The position numbers and the translations under genes are program-made. Of a stretch of DNA of 64,000 bases, positions 29,352 through 40,971 are shown piece by piece. The stretch is taken from the NCBI RefSeq assembly GCF_009914755.1, contig NC_060927.1; one strand, 5' to 3'. Each line of letters starts with the position of its first letter. Within the stretch, counting starts at the first letter, position 1. The notes beneath the pieces are model-generated. The model saw only the letters and a program-made list of their open reading frames with translations, was not told the DNA's origin and ran no database searches. This DNA is from the human T2T-CHM13v2.0 reference genome, Homo sapiens.

Positions 29352-29804
29352 CTGTTTGGGAAGAGGGACCCAGTGGAATGCAACATTGATGTTTTTCTTA
29401 TAATGTCTCAAAAATACAATTAAAATGGAGATAACCATTTAGCTCCCACATCATATGTGTACATGACACTGACTTACAAAGTCGTTTGAAAAATACAGAT
29501 CTCCTTGAAAAAAAGGCACACATGGCATGCGTTAAATCAAGTTTTGTAAAACAATTAAAGTTTAAGCTTTTATTACGTTTTAAATATGTGAGTTGGAACC
29601 ATTGTACTTTATCACATCAGGGGATTTTTTTTTCTTCAAGATGAGTGAGAATAACTATAATAGTCGTGAAACTATTGTAGAAATAAGCAACAACTTTGTA
29701 TAGATAATTGGAACCCACAGATAAAGTAATATACTGAGCCATTGGTTTCTACCTCTTTCTAACTACATTAGTGTCAGAGTTAACAACTAATAAAAATTCT
29801 ACTA

Positions 29805-30098
29805 GGCTGGGTGCTGTGGCTCACACCTGTAATCCTAGCACTCTGGGAAACCAAGGCGGGTGGACAACTTGAGCTCAGGAGTTCGAGACCAGCCTGAGTA
29901 AAATGGTAAGACCACGTCTCTGTGAAAAATACAAAAATTAGCTGGACTTGGTGGTGGGTGCCTGTAATCCCAGCTACTTGGAGTGTTGAAGCAAGAGGAT
30001 CGCTTGAGGTTGAAGAGGTTGAAGCTACAGTGAGCAGGGATCACCCACTGCACTCCAGCCTGGGTGACAAAATGAGACCCCGTCTCAAAAAAAAAAAA
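29805..30098 (+). mobile_element. AluJ
   Basis: ACTTGAGCTCAGGAGTTCGAGACC and GGATCGCTTGAG diagnostics; TSD AAAAATTCTACTA/AAAAATTCTATTA. Confidence 0.93.
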
Positions 30099-31307
30099 TT
30101 CTATTATATTTTTAAGATCTTTTTTATAATGTGATCCTAGAAAATAATCTGGACCTTAAAAGATGTGTTTAAAACATTACTAAACAAAATTTATTTAGTT
30201 TCAGAGTAATCTTCTAATGAAGACTCCTGATTCTGTTATTATAACACACAATCAGGGATCTCATCATACAGACTACATTCAGAAATTCCTTGGTAGAAGT
30301 TAGAAATGTGCCTGTGAGAGCAAGGATTCTTTATCTACATATAAAATAAAACAAAAGTGGAACCATATTTTTGTCCCCAAACATCCCTTTGATACTACCA
30401 TTGAGGTTTCACAATTAGGACAGTTTTCTTCCAGCACCCTCACTAAACGACACCCCTCTACTCTCATCTTGCACAATTCCCTTCCTTCCTCTCCAGCAAA
30501 CATTCCTCTATTTTCCTTTGCCAGGTGAGTCTTATGCTGCTGCACACCCACCCTGAGAGCTGGCTGCCCTTAAGAGGAAGTTCACTTAGAACATCTTGAT
30601 TAAAATGAAATTTGTGCATTGTTTTCTAGTGTGGCCTGCACACCCTGGAGATGAAAAAATTGATGCTCAAAAAGTGAAATGACTATGACATGGCTTCTTA
30701 ATATAGCTGCTAGGGATACAATTTCTGATCCCTATTTTAGTATTCCCTTTTCCTGCCTCTCTCTATTCATTTGTCTTTTGCTTCTCTACTCATTCCCTCT
30801 GTGACCCTAGCTGAACTCCTAGCTCCAATTTAATCATAATGGTTTCTCCTCAACCCTTTTCTCACAGGACTGCATGAGTTAAGAAGAGAAAGTCCTCCTC
30901 TTCCAAACTTTCTTCCTGTAAACCCTTCCTCTGTCATTCCTGTACACAAAATTTAAAAAGGTTAATACTTAGGTATGTTATTTTTAGTGGGTTGTTTAAT
31001 TAAGAAAGCAATGCTTATAGAATACTTGAAAGATATAATGCATGAAACAACAGTTACCTGTAAATCTACAACCCAAAGATAACCACTGTGAAGACACTGA
31101 TGTATTTTCTTTCTTATAATTTTCTATATAGAGCTATATGTTTTAGCATTTTGGGGACTGTACTGGAGCTATAGTTTTGCTACCAGATTTGTTTCTCATG
31201 TCACTAAAAATTATTGAAGAGCATAAATGTAATCAATGCCTTATAGTTTATCATACACTCTAAAGAATTTTGGACTACTGGCTAATCATTTTTAATTGAC
31301 TCTGTCT

Positions 31308-31483
31308 TAATGGTGTGCTGCTGAACTGGCTCTCTTAAAAAAGAGCTCTGACTTACTGTATTTGCCAGATTCCATGGTATAAGTGCTCCTACCATGGCAA
31401 ATTTCAACAATCGGCCCACAAAAATTCCTAAAAATGTAATCAGTTATTGTAAGCTGGTATGTACCGGTCCCAACAAACCACTG
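31308..31483 (-). mobile_element. MER63-like hAT-Blackjack MITE
   Basis: TGGTGTGCTG ... CAACAAACCACTG degenerate TIRs; AAAATTCCTAAAAATGTAATCAG core. Confidence 0.6.
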
Positions 31484-32349
31484 ACTATCAAATATTATAA
31501 AGGTTACATATTTTGGCTCTCAAGCAGCCTACACCTAACTAGGGCCCTTGATAAACAAGGAAATGACCTTTAAACCCATAGTTACCTCCATTTTCACCAT
31601 ACTGTATTTCATCTAGCTGTGTTCCTAGTTGACAGCCTTCACTTCAGAGTGACTATCTCCAGTAATGACCTTTAGAGTGTATCATAATGGCAGACAACTT
31701 GGAATATGCTTAAATAGTTTTCTTTACATTCCTTACCCTGGTTGTTCAAAATCACTTTCCATAGTCTTGTGCTTCCTGCCTTTCATTGCTATTCAATCCT
31801 AACGGTTTCCAGATGTTTAACTTCCATTCAATTACAATTACATATGGTTTGAACATGGAAGAGGTCAGTTAATCTGAAATGAAAAAACAAAGTAAAACAC
31901 TAACGTGTAACTGACTTTGCGGGTAGGCAGGATGAGCTTCCAAGCCATCTCTTCAGTGACTGCTGACAACTTGCTCCTTAAAGAAAAGTCCTAGAACTGT
32001 GACATAAAGATCAAACAAATAGCTTTTCTGAAAGTTTTATTACCTAGAATGGGATTCTGTAGGCCACCACCTTCAGAGTAAATGTGTCAAATTTGAATTT
32101 ATAATATTTCACCCATCATCACATTATAATAACCCTTGGTCTTCTTAGCTAAGTAAAAAGTTAAGTAAAATTTTCAGATTCCATCTAAATTACATCTCTT
32201 GTTTCCCCACAAAGCTTAGTGCAGTGCTTACCTGTGGTGACAATTATCAGTACACATTTATTGAGTTAATGAAGACTGACATGGGCATAAAATGTATTGC
32301 AATAGAGTAAAGGCTGAATATTATGGGGCTACTGTATCACGAATAAAGC

Positions 32350-32497
32350 TAAGGAATTGAAAGGACCTGGGTTGAAATCCGAGCTCCTTATTTGCCAGCT
32401 GTGTGAACTTGAGTAAGTTATTTAATCTTTCTGAGCTTCCATTTCCTCACCCAAATATTTGCATAACAACATCTTCCTTTGTAGGGTGGTTGTAAGG
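32350..32497 (+). mobile_element. MIR (continues at 33394-33470 after the MLT1 insertion)
   Basis: ACCTGGGTTGAAATCC...GCTGTGTGAACTTGAGTAAGTTATTTAATCTTTCTGAGCTTCCATTTCCTCA MIR core. Confidence 0.8.
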
Positions 32498-33393
32498 TGT
32501 TTCAGTTATTTCTTGCTATGTAACAAACTACTCAAAACTTAATGCCTTAAAACAGCCATTTATTTTGCTTTTGCTAAATTGTTGATCAGGAATTTGGGAA
32601 GGACTCAGCTGGGTAATTTGTCTCTGTTCCACGTGGCATCAGTTGAGTTGGCTGGAGGTGGAAGGTTTGAGATGTATGGCATATTTATATACTTATATGT
32701 ATTAGCTCCTTGATGCTTCCTGGCCTCTCCCTCTTATCCTCTAAGGGTGGGGGTTGCAGACTTTTCCTGTAAAGGTCCAGATAGTGAATATTTTAGGCTT
32801 CAAGGGTCTTATGATGTCTGTCACAGCTATTCAACTCTGCCATTGTAGCATGAAAGCAGCCACAGACAATAAGTAAGCAAATGAGTGTGACAGTTGCAAT
32901 AAAATTTTATTTAAGTTTCATATACTTTTTACATATCGCAGACTGTTGTTATTCTTTTGGCTGCCCCTCCCTGCCATTCTTAGCTAGAAAGAATGTGATG
33001 AGCCAGATTTGGCCCATGGGCTATAGTTTACTGACCCTTATTCTTGGGCCTTTCCATATAGCTTGGGTTTCTCATGACATGGTGGTCCCAGAGTACTCAC
33101 ATTTCTTACACAGTAGCTAGGTCCCCATATCAAATATTCTGTGAGGCAGGAAGTGGAAGCAGGTAAAATCATAAGGCCTGAGTCTTGAAACTGGCATAAT
33201 GTCACTTCTGCTGTATTCCCTTGATCAAAGCAGTCATAGGGCCCACCCTTATTGGATGGGGTGGAGAAATTGAGGGAGTGGAGATTGGACGGGTTGGAGA
33301 AAATCTCTTCTTGATGGGACGTTGGCTAGGTCACATTGCAAAGGAGCATGTGGAAAGGAGAGATTATTGTAGCTACAAATGCAACCTACCACA
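32498..33393 (-). mobile_element. MLT1 (MLT1H-like) MaLR solo LTR
   Basis: TGTTTCAGTTATTTCTTGCTATGTAACAAACTACTCAAAACTTAATG start, ...CAACCTACCACA end; TSD TAAGG/TGAGG. Confidence 0.8.
32749..33040 (+). mobile_element. MER58B-like hAT-Charlie element nested in the MLT1
   Basis: CTGTAAAGGTCCAGATAGTGAATATTTTAGGCTT...CAACTCTGCCATTGTAGCATGAAAGCAGCCACAGAC...CCAGATTTGGCCCATGGGCTATAGTTT. Confidence 0.85.
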
Positions 33394-33793
33394 TGAGGAT
33401 TAGGAATAATATTTATAAAGTACCTGCTTCTCATGATATGCACCCAATGAATGATGACTCATATTGCTATTAATAGTGCCATTATTAACTTTAAGTGGGG
33501 AGCAATTGGCACTGAGATTCATATTGACCTTCTTAGAGGAAAAAGGTAGTGAAAAATTAGGCTTTTAAGAAATTCTCACTTGTGTTTCCCTCGTCTGCAG
33601 TAATGGGGCCCATAATAGTAACTGTTTTTGAGTTGTTTTAAGAAGTTTATTGAAATAAAATATGAAAAGTGCTCAAATAGAGCACACTTGGCATGAGCGT
33701 CAGAACTGTTCATTATTACTATTTTATGTCATGGTTTAGAAATAATGTATTGTTTTTGATTATCATAAGCTTTTCTAGGACTTCCAAAACCTA

Positions 33794-34108
<315 letters not shown>

Positions 34109-35512
34109 GCATCAAGATGCCACGTCACAGGATTTAATAACTTCAGAAATTTTATAACTGATACATTCAAGAGAAAAATGTTTTTAAAAATTGGAGCTTG
34201 CATTATTAAAAATTACATATATAACAATATAATAGATATAGGTAAATACATCCATTCATGTACACATCGAAGTCAAATTTTGAGGTAAATTTTCCATTGG
34301 AGTTACATTTTTAAACAACTAGCCAAATATGATATAATTATATTGACCACTATAGGAGCAATCACATAAGAAGAGAAACACTAAAACAGAAAAGAAACTG
34401 ATTCAGAATTGTAAATAGGGTGCAAACTGGGGTTTTGTTGATTGATACTGGTTTCAACAGATGAGTTTCTAAAACAAGGCAGCAAATGGATAAAAGGATC
34501 AGGACACCAGTGAAAGCTCTAAACAACTGCAAATAAATTAGATTCCTGAGTAATAAATCTTGAATCTTGCTGTTTGATCACCCTTATCAGGCAGAAGCCT
34601 GAGAAAATAGAGGAGCTCTCCATCCTGCCCAGAAGGTCAAGGACACACTTGGCATCATCAGCTCCACATTCCTAAGGGGAGGACCCTCCACCGAGAATGC
34701 AAAGAATGGCTTCTTGGTCTGGATAAAACCACTGCTTCTGGGGCTGTATTTCCGCTGGCCCATGGCAAGGCAGCATGCAGCAGCTTAAGAATAACACACT
34801 TTGATGCTATTCAGCCATTTAACAGAATCTTTGCTGACATGGGAAAACAGCCCCCAATATGTTGTTAAGAGAAAAACAGGCTCAAAGCTGTAAATATAAT
34901 GTGATACAATTTTTGTCAAGCAACATAAGATACATGAAAAAAACATTATAAGGCTTTGCCAAACATAATGGAAGCCACCCACGTGCGACAGGATTTGGGG
35001 TAACTTATTTTCCTGTTTCTTTTGAGTTTTTATTTGTTTTCCAAATTTTCTGCTATATGTGTTATTGCTAAAGTACGTAACAGTTATTTTAAGACATAAC
35101 TGAAGTAGAAGGAAGGCAACAATAAAGTGATACTGAGAGTAAATAAAACATAATATATTTGTCAGTGCTTAGTAAACAAATCAGTGCCCTACCTCAGCAC
35201 ATAACATTTCAAAGTAACCACAACATGCTATGTTAAATATTTAATTTAAATTTTTATGTGAGGCTGAATTAGGAGGTATTATAAATATTAGGTATTGCTA
35301 TACTTCATTAGCTAATCAAAATTTATCAAGAAAAATGCACATGAAATTGCTGTTGCCAACATATAGACTCATTTAAAAGTCTTTAAAAGAAATACTGTCA
35401 TGTTAGAGACCATGACATTATCATGTCTGAATTATGGGGTCTATTCGAAGAGGTTGTGGTGGAATCAGGTGGCAAGGTGGGGGAAGGAAATCCATTCAAA
35501 TCAACCAATATA

Positions 35513-36041
35513 CAGTAATCTCCTGTTATCTGTGGGGAATATGTTCCAAGACCCTCAGTGGATACCGGAAACTGCAGATATAAATTCTATATGTACCATG
35601 TTTTTCATATACATTAATACCTATTATGAAGTTTAATTGATAAATTAGCCACAGTAAGAAATCAACAGTAATGAATAATAATGTAGAACAATTATAACAA
35701 TATGCCAGCATCTCTACTCTTGCACTTTGAGGTCATTATTAAGAAGCATAAGAGTTACTTGAACACAAGCACTGCAATACCATAACAGTCCATCTGATCA
35801 CCAACATGGCTACTAAGTGACCCACAGGCAGGTAGCATATCCAGTGTGGATATGGATGCCCTAGACAAAGGGATGATTCATGTCCCATGCAGGGCTGAGT
35901 GGAATGGTGAGAGATTTCATCACCACAAAACAATGGGCAATTTAAAATTTATAAATTGTTTATTTCTGGAATTCTCCATTTGATTTTTTTTTGTCCTCAA
36001 TTGACGACAGGTAACAAACCACAAATAAGGGGGAACTACTG
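35513..36041 (+). mobile_element. TcMar-Tigger MITE (MER44B-like)
   Basis: TA|CAGTAATCTCCTGTTATC ... ATAAGGGGGAACTACTG|TA terminal inverted repeats with TA TSD. Confidence 0.88.
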
Positions 36042-39000
36042 TATGTATTATGCTTTTCGGGGGAAAAAGCCATTGAGGATGGAATTTCTGAGCTTCCCTT
36101 AGGTTGTGTTGGCATGACGAAACCGCCCTTCCACAAGGCAGTCGCTACCTCCTTGATTTCTTTATCTCCAGTGCCTAGTGTGTGCTGCAAGGTATTGCCC
36201 AGTAAATATCTGTGCCATGAAGAAGGCCAAAGTCTTGCTTACAAGGTGGTGAATGTGCTAAAAGTAATCCCAAGGTCCATATTGGAGAAATACTACTTTG
36301 AATTAGAGTCTTGCCAACACAAAGCACACTCGCTTACTATTAAACTGATACGATTATCAGTATTGATAAGAAATGATTATCATTTCCTTACACTTACTCT
36401 ATACTTGCTTACTCACTAACTAGTCATCAGTCACAGGCTGTAAAGTCGGAAGGAAAAACAAACTGCTGCTTCCTGCTGTAAATTCTCTAACTACACTTGT
36501 GAAGTCTTTTCGTTTTGTCTCCTTTTACTTTTAGAGAGCCCCCTTTTTATTTTAGTCCAATCAACTAAAATAAGACAGGCTTTTGGTTTAGCCTAGTATT
36601 CCCTGAATTTATGGGAAAGAGAATGGCTTTGTGTCTAACTAGATCTGTATGCCAACTTGGGAATATCAGTTCTCAGAAAGCATTATTTCAGTCTCTTCGT
36701 ATTTGATTTTGTTTGAATCTCCTGTGCTGCCTCACCTATATGGTTACTTAACAAGGGCTGTTCTGAACGCCCAGTTTGGTTGCTGAAGGTGATTGATAAG
36801 TGATACACTTTTGTCCTTATGGAGTTTGTCCGTCAAACTGTTTCCACATACTCTGTAAATTGGGAACTTGGCTTGTAAGTTCCAATCCCCATGAATCCTC
36901 AAGAACAAGGAACTGACCCTGTTGTTCCTATATTAAAAGCGAATCCAGGAAAGAAGGAAGCCTTCGTGTGCACTTGTCCATTTACCTCATTCCGGATGGA
37001 GAAGCACATGCTGATCACTTGGGGTCCCTTCCAACTTTACCAAAATTTGCTGTTTATTCCTTTGTGCATTGTTTCAACAAATAGTTGTTAAGTGCTAACA
37101 ATGTACAGAGCTATGCAGTAGGTTCTCCAGGGATATACGGTTGTAAAAGACATACCTCTAACCCTCAATAAATTTACATTACATGCCGATTTGCAATCTA
37201 GTTAGCTCAGGCAAATTCTCTTCCAAATAAATAATACACATAGGAACAATTCCACCCCAAGCCAGTGGCCTACCTATTTAAAAAATATTAGAAGCTGCCT
37301 AATTTCTGTGTGTTTTTTAAAAGATGTATCTGCAGAGTCACATACAGAAACATTCGAATTGTTAATTCCTAATTACGAGTTAAAGTTCCTGCTATTCTTC
37401 CTTAGGAGACTAGGTGTTGGGAACCTGAGGTCAGATTTTTAAAAAGGAAGCTTGACCCACATGGATGGTGTAACATGGCTTCACTACAGTAAATAGTAAT
37501 TCATCAAAGTAACAGGTGAAATGATATAACACAGCTTCTAGGACATTCACAGACATAGGCTTTGTGTTTTTTATCCATACTCAGATTTTCCTTAACCAAT
37601 TGAACATTCCAGTTCTTTCTTAGCTTCTTAATCCCTTAGCCTACTCTCCATGATATTTCTACTCTTCTGCTTAGTTCTCTGATATTTTTGGCAACACTGA
37701 CTAATTTCCTTCAGAGACCATTGAAGGCTATTAAATGTCTGTGCCAGAAACTCCTCCAATGCACATGTCATCAAGGCATAGAGAGGTATATTTGCAGTGG
37801 ACAGCCCCTCCACCCCCTCAAACAAAAGGAGAAAGTCCTCTAACAAACCAAAATATTGGTGGCTGATAATCTCAGCCCAATTTTTTCATCATCTGGGTTT
37901 TTTTTTTTTCCTGTTCTCTTAATTAGATGGAGCCACACACTATGGCATGTTGTAAAAGAGTTTCTGAAGGGCAGAATTTGTGGCAGAGAGAGAGAGTTCC
38001 AAACTGGAAGACTCAAGAAATAAACAAAGATACCACAAATGAGAACAGATAAAATGTTCACATTCTAAATCTTTTTTTGAAAGAAAGAAACAATCCTCAG
38101 AAGTAAAAATAATTATCATTAGTGGCAAAAAGCAAAACATACACACACAACAGATAAAGGAGATTAGACACTAAAACTGGGAGCAAAAAGGCAGTGGAAA
38201 TAAGTGCAAAAGTACACATAGAAAATGTTGTAGTAAAGAGAATGAAATAAGAAAGGCATCAGATTGAACCAAAAGAAAGGCAGTGAAAGGAGGATTATAA
38301 AAAACTAGAAACAGAAGTCAGAAACAAAAGGGAATTGAAAACTTCAAAATATAGGCACTTAGAAGATGAAAGGATAACTGGAAGAAATGTAAAGACGGGG
38401 AGTGGTTCAATGGGGTCTAAAATAATTCTTAATCTCACCTCCCCATCATATATAAAAAGAAAAAATAATATTTTGCATAGAATAATACTTGCAGTGGAAG
38501 TTTCAGAGTTACACCTGTTATATGTTTGCATACTCACTGAGCTACTTCTTTCCTTAATTGAAGTTTCACAGAAAAATTATTCCTCCTGAAGAAATCTTTG
38601 ACAAGAGATTATGGCAGTATCTACCGTTTACATCAGGAAAATTATGCTACTTTTGGGAAAACCAAGGATTCTCTATTTTGGGGGGTGGGGTGGGGAAAAA
38701 TCTCACCACGGCTGCCTGGAATGAGACAAAAAAATAAATTGCTTTTACTAGGGTTCAGCACATGCTAATCCCACCATCAATTTAGTTAGTCTGTCTTTCT
38801 GTAGCAACATTCACTCTGAGGCATCTGCATAGGGTCTTGGTGTCATCAGTGTAACTAGGGTTGGTATTACCAGTTGTTGTCTGGATACGCCCTGTATGTC
38901 TGTAAGGTCTGAAGCTAGTGGGACAGGACAAACTCTATAGTTTAGGTTAGGACATCAGAAGAGTACGGAAGGCAATCATTGGCATGCATGGGACACTAAG

Positions 39001-39623
39001 GGAAATGCTTCTTTAGATAAATGTCTTCCTTCTCTCCCACTCATTTCAACTTCACCCATTCTACACACTAAAACGCAGGGTACTGCTGCAGTTCAAATCT
39101 ACCCACAAGATGAATAACTGGAATGCATAATCATTGAGTAAAACCAATCATGCCACATTTGGGGACGCTGTAGCCTCAGTTTAAGGTTCATACTCAAAGT
39201 TTTGATGATGCCAGCATAGGTCTTGTGACTGCATGGTAAATGGTGGCCTCTGGGGGCAGCAGAATGGCCAGGATGTTAGGCTTCACTAGTTCAAGCTTTA
39301 GGTTGTTTTCCACTATGGAAATGGGAGGCTTATGGGAAATCCCTAAGGCTCTGGCCAACAGCAGGGCTTAATAAAATTTGGCTAGTGAAATTAATAAATG
39401 AATATTTGATTTTTATATCTTCTCCCGAAGCATCAGCTAATTGCAGTCAGCTCCCTCATCTCCTGACCACCCCCAGTCCACTACAGTAGAGTCAGCACAT
39501 GCAATAATCTAAAGACAGTAATATTTTTACTTGCTACTCCTGCATTTATCACTTTCTCTTACCATTTGATAAAATCATTCTATATGAAGTATGAGGGACT
39601 TATGTGTGTCCTTCATGTATCTT

Positions 39624-40705
39624 TTTTTAAAGCAGTTTTAAGTTCATAGGAATATTCAGCAAAAGATACAGAGCGTTCTCATATGCCCCCCACACATGAA
39701 CAGCCTCCCCGACTATCAAAATCCTGCACCACGGTGGCACATTTGTTATAATCAATGAACCTCCATTGGCACATCATTACTACCCAAAGTCTACCATTTA
39801 CACTAGGGTTCACTCTTGGTACTGTACAGTCTATGGGTTTTAACAAGTGTATAATGGTATGTATACACTGCTATAGCATCATACAGAATAATCTCACTGC
39901 CTTAAAAACCCTCTGTGCTCTGCCTATTCATCACTTCCTCCTCCTAACCCCTGGCAACCACTGATCATTTTACTGTCTCCATCATTTTGCCTTTTCAAAC
40001 AAGTGACATAGATGGAATCGTACAATATGTAGACTTTTCAGATTGGCTTCCTTCACTTAATAATATGCACTAATGTTCCTCCATGTCTTTTCATGGCTTG
40101 ATAGCTCATTTCCTTTTAGTACTGAATACTATTTCATTGCCTGGATGTACCACAGTTAAATTTTCTGTTTGCCTACTGAAGGACATCTTGGTGGCTTCCA
40201 AGTTTGGGCAATTATAAATAAAACCTGTATAAATTTTAACTTCTTTGGGTAAATACCAAGGGGTGCAATTCCTAGATCTATGGTAAAAATGTTTGGTTCT
40301 GTAAGAAACTGCCAGACTGTCCAAAGCAGCTGTATCATTTTGCATTCCCAGCAGCAATGCATGAGAGTTCCTGTTGTTCCACATCCTTTCCAGCATTTGG
40401 TGTTGTCAGTGTTCTGGATTTTGGCTGTTGTGATAGGTGTGTAATAGTGTTGTTGTTTTTATTTGCAATTCCCTAGTGACATATGATGTTGAGCTTTTTC
40501 TCATATGCTTATTTTCCATCTGTACCTCTTCCTCGGTGAGGTGTCTGTCCATGTCTTTTACCCATTTTTTTATTCATATTGTTTTCTTATTGTTGAGTTT
40601 TAAGAGTTCTTTGTATATTTTGGATAACTGTTATAGATTTTTCTCAGATATGTCTTTTGCAAATATTTTCTCCCAGACTGTGTCTTGTCTTATCATCCTC
40701 TTGAT
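39624..40705 (-). mobile_element. L1MC1-like 3' fragment
   Basis: TTTAAAGCAGTTTTAAGTTCATAGG...TAGGGTTCACTCTTGG L1MC1-type 3' end; perfect 13-bp TSD CTTCATGTATCTT (39611-39623, 40706-40718). Confidence 0.9.
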
Positions 40706-40755
40706 CTTCATGTATCTTCAAATGGGAGCAACAGAAGAGACTGCTTAATCCAAAG

Positions 40756-40971
40756 CAGGGTTTCTAAACCTCAGTCTGCACTATGGGCACTTTGGGCTCG
40801 ATAATTTCTTTGTTGTGGGGGACTGTTCTGGGCATCGTAGCATGTTTAGCAGCATCCCTGTTCTCTATCCATTAGATGCCAGGGACAGCCCCCCTCCCAG
40901 TTGTGACAATGAAAAATATTATTAGGCAAATATCCACTGGTGGCAAAATTATCCCTGGTTGACAATTTCTA
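40756..40971 (+). mobile_element. MER20 hAT-Charlie MITE
   Basis: GATAATTTCTTTGTTGTGGGGGACTG...ATGTTTAGCAGCATCCCTG...AGTTGTGACAA; perfect 8-bp TSD ATCCAAAG. Confidence 0.9.
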
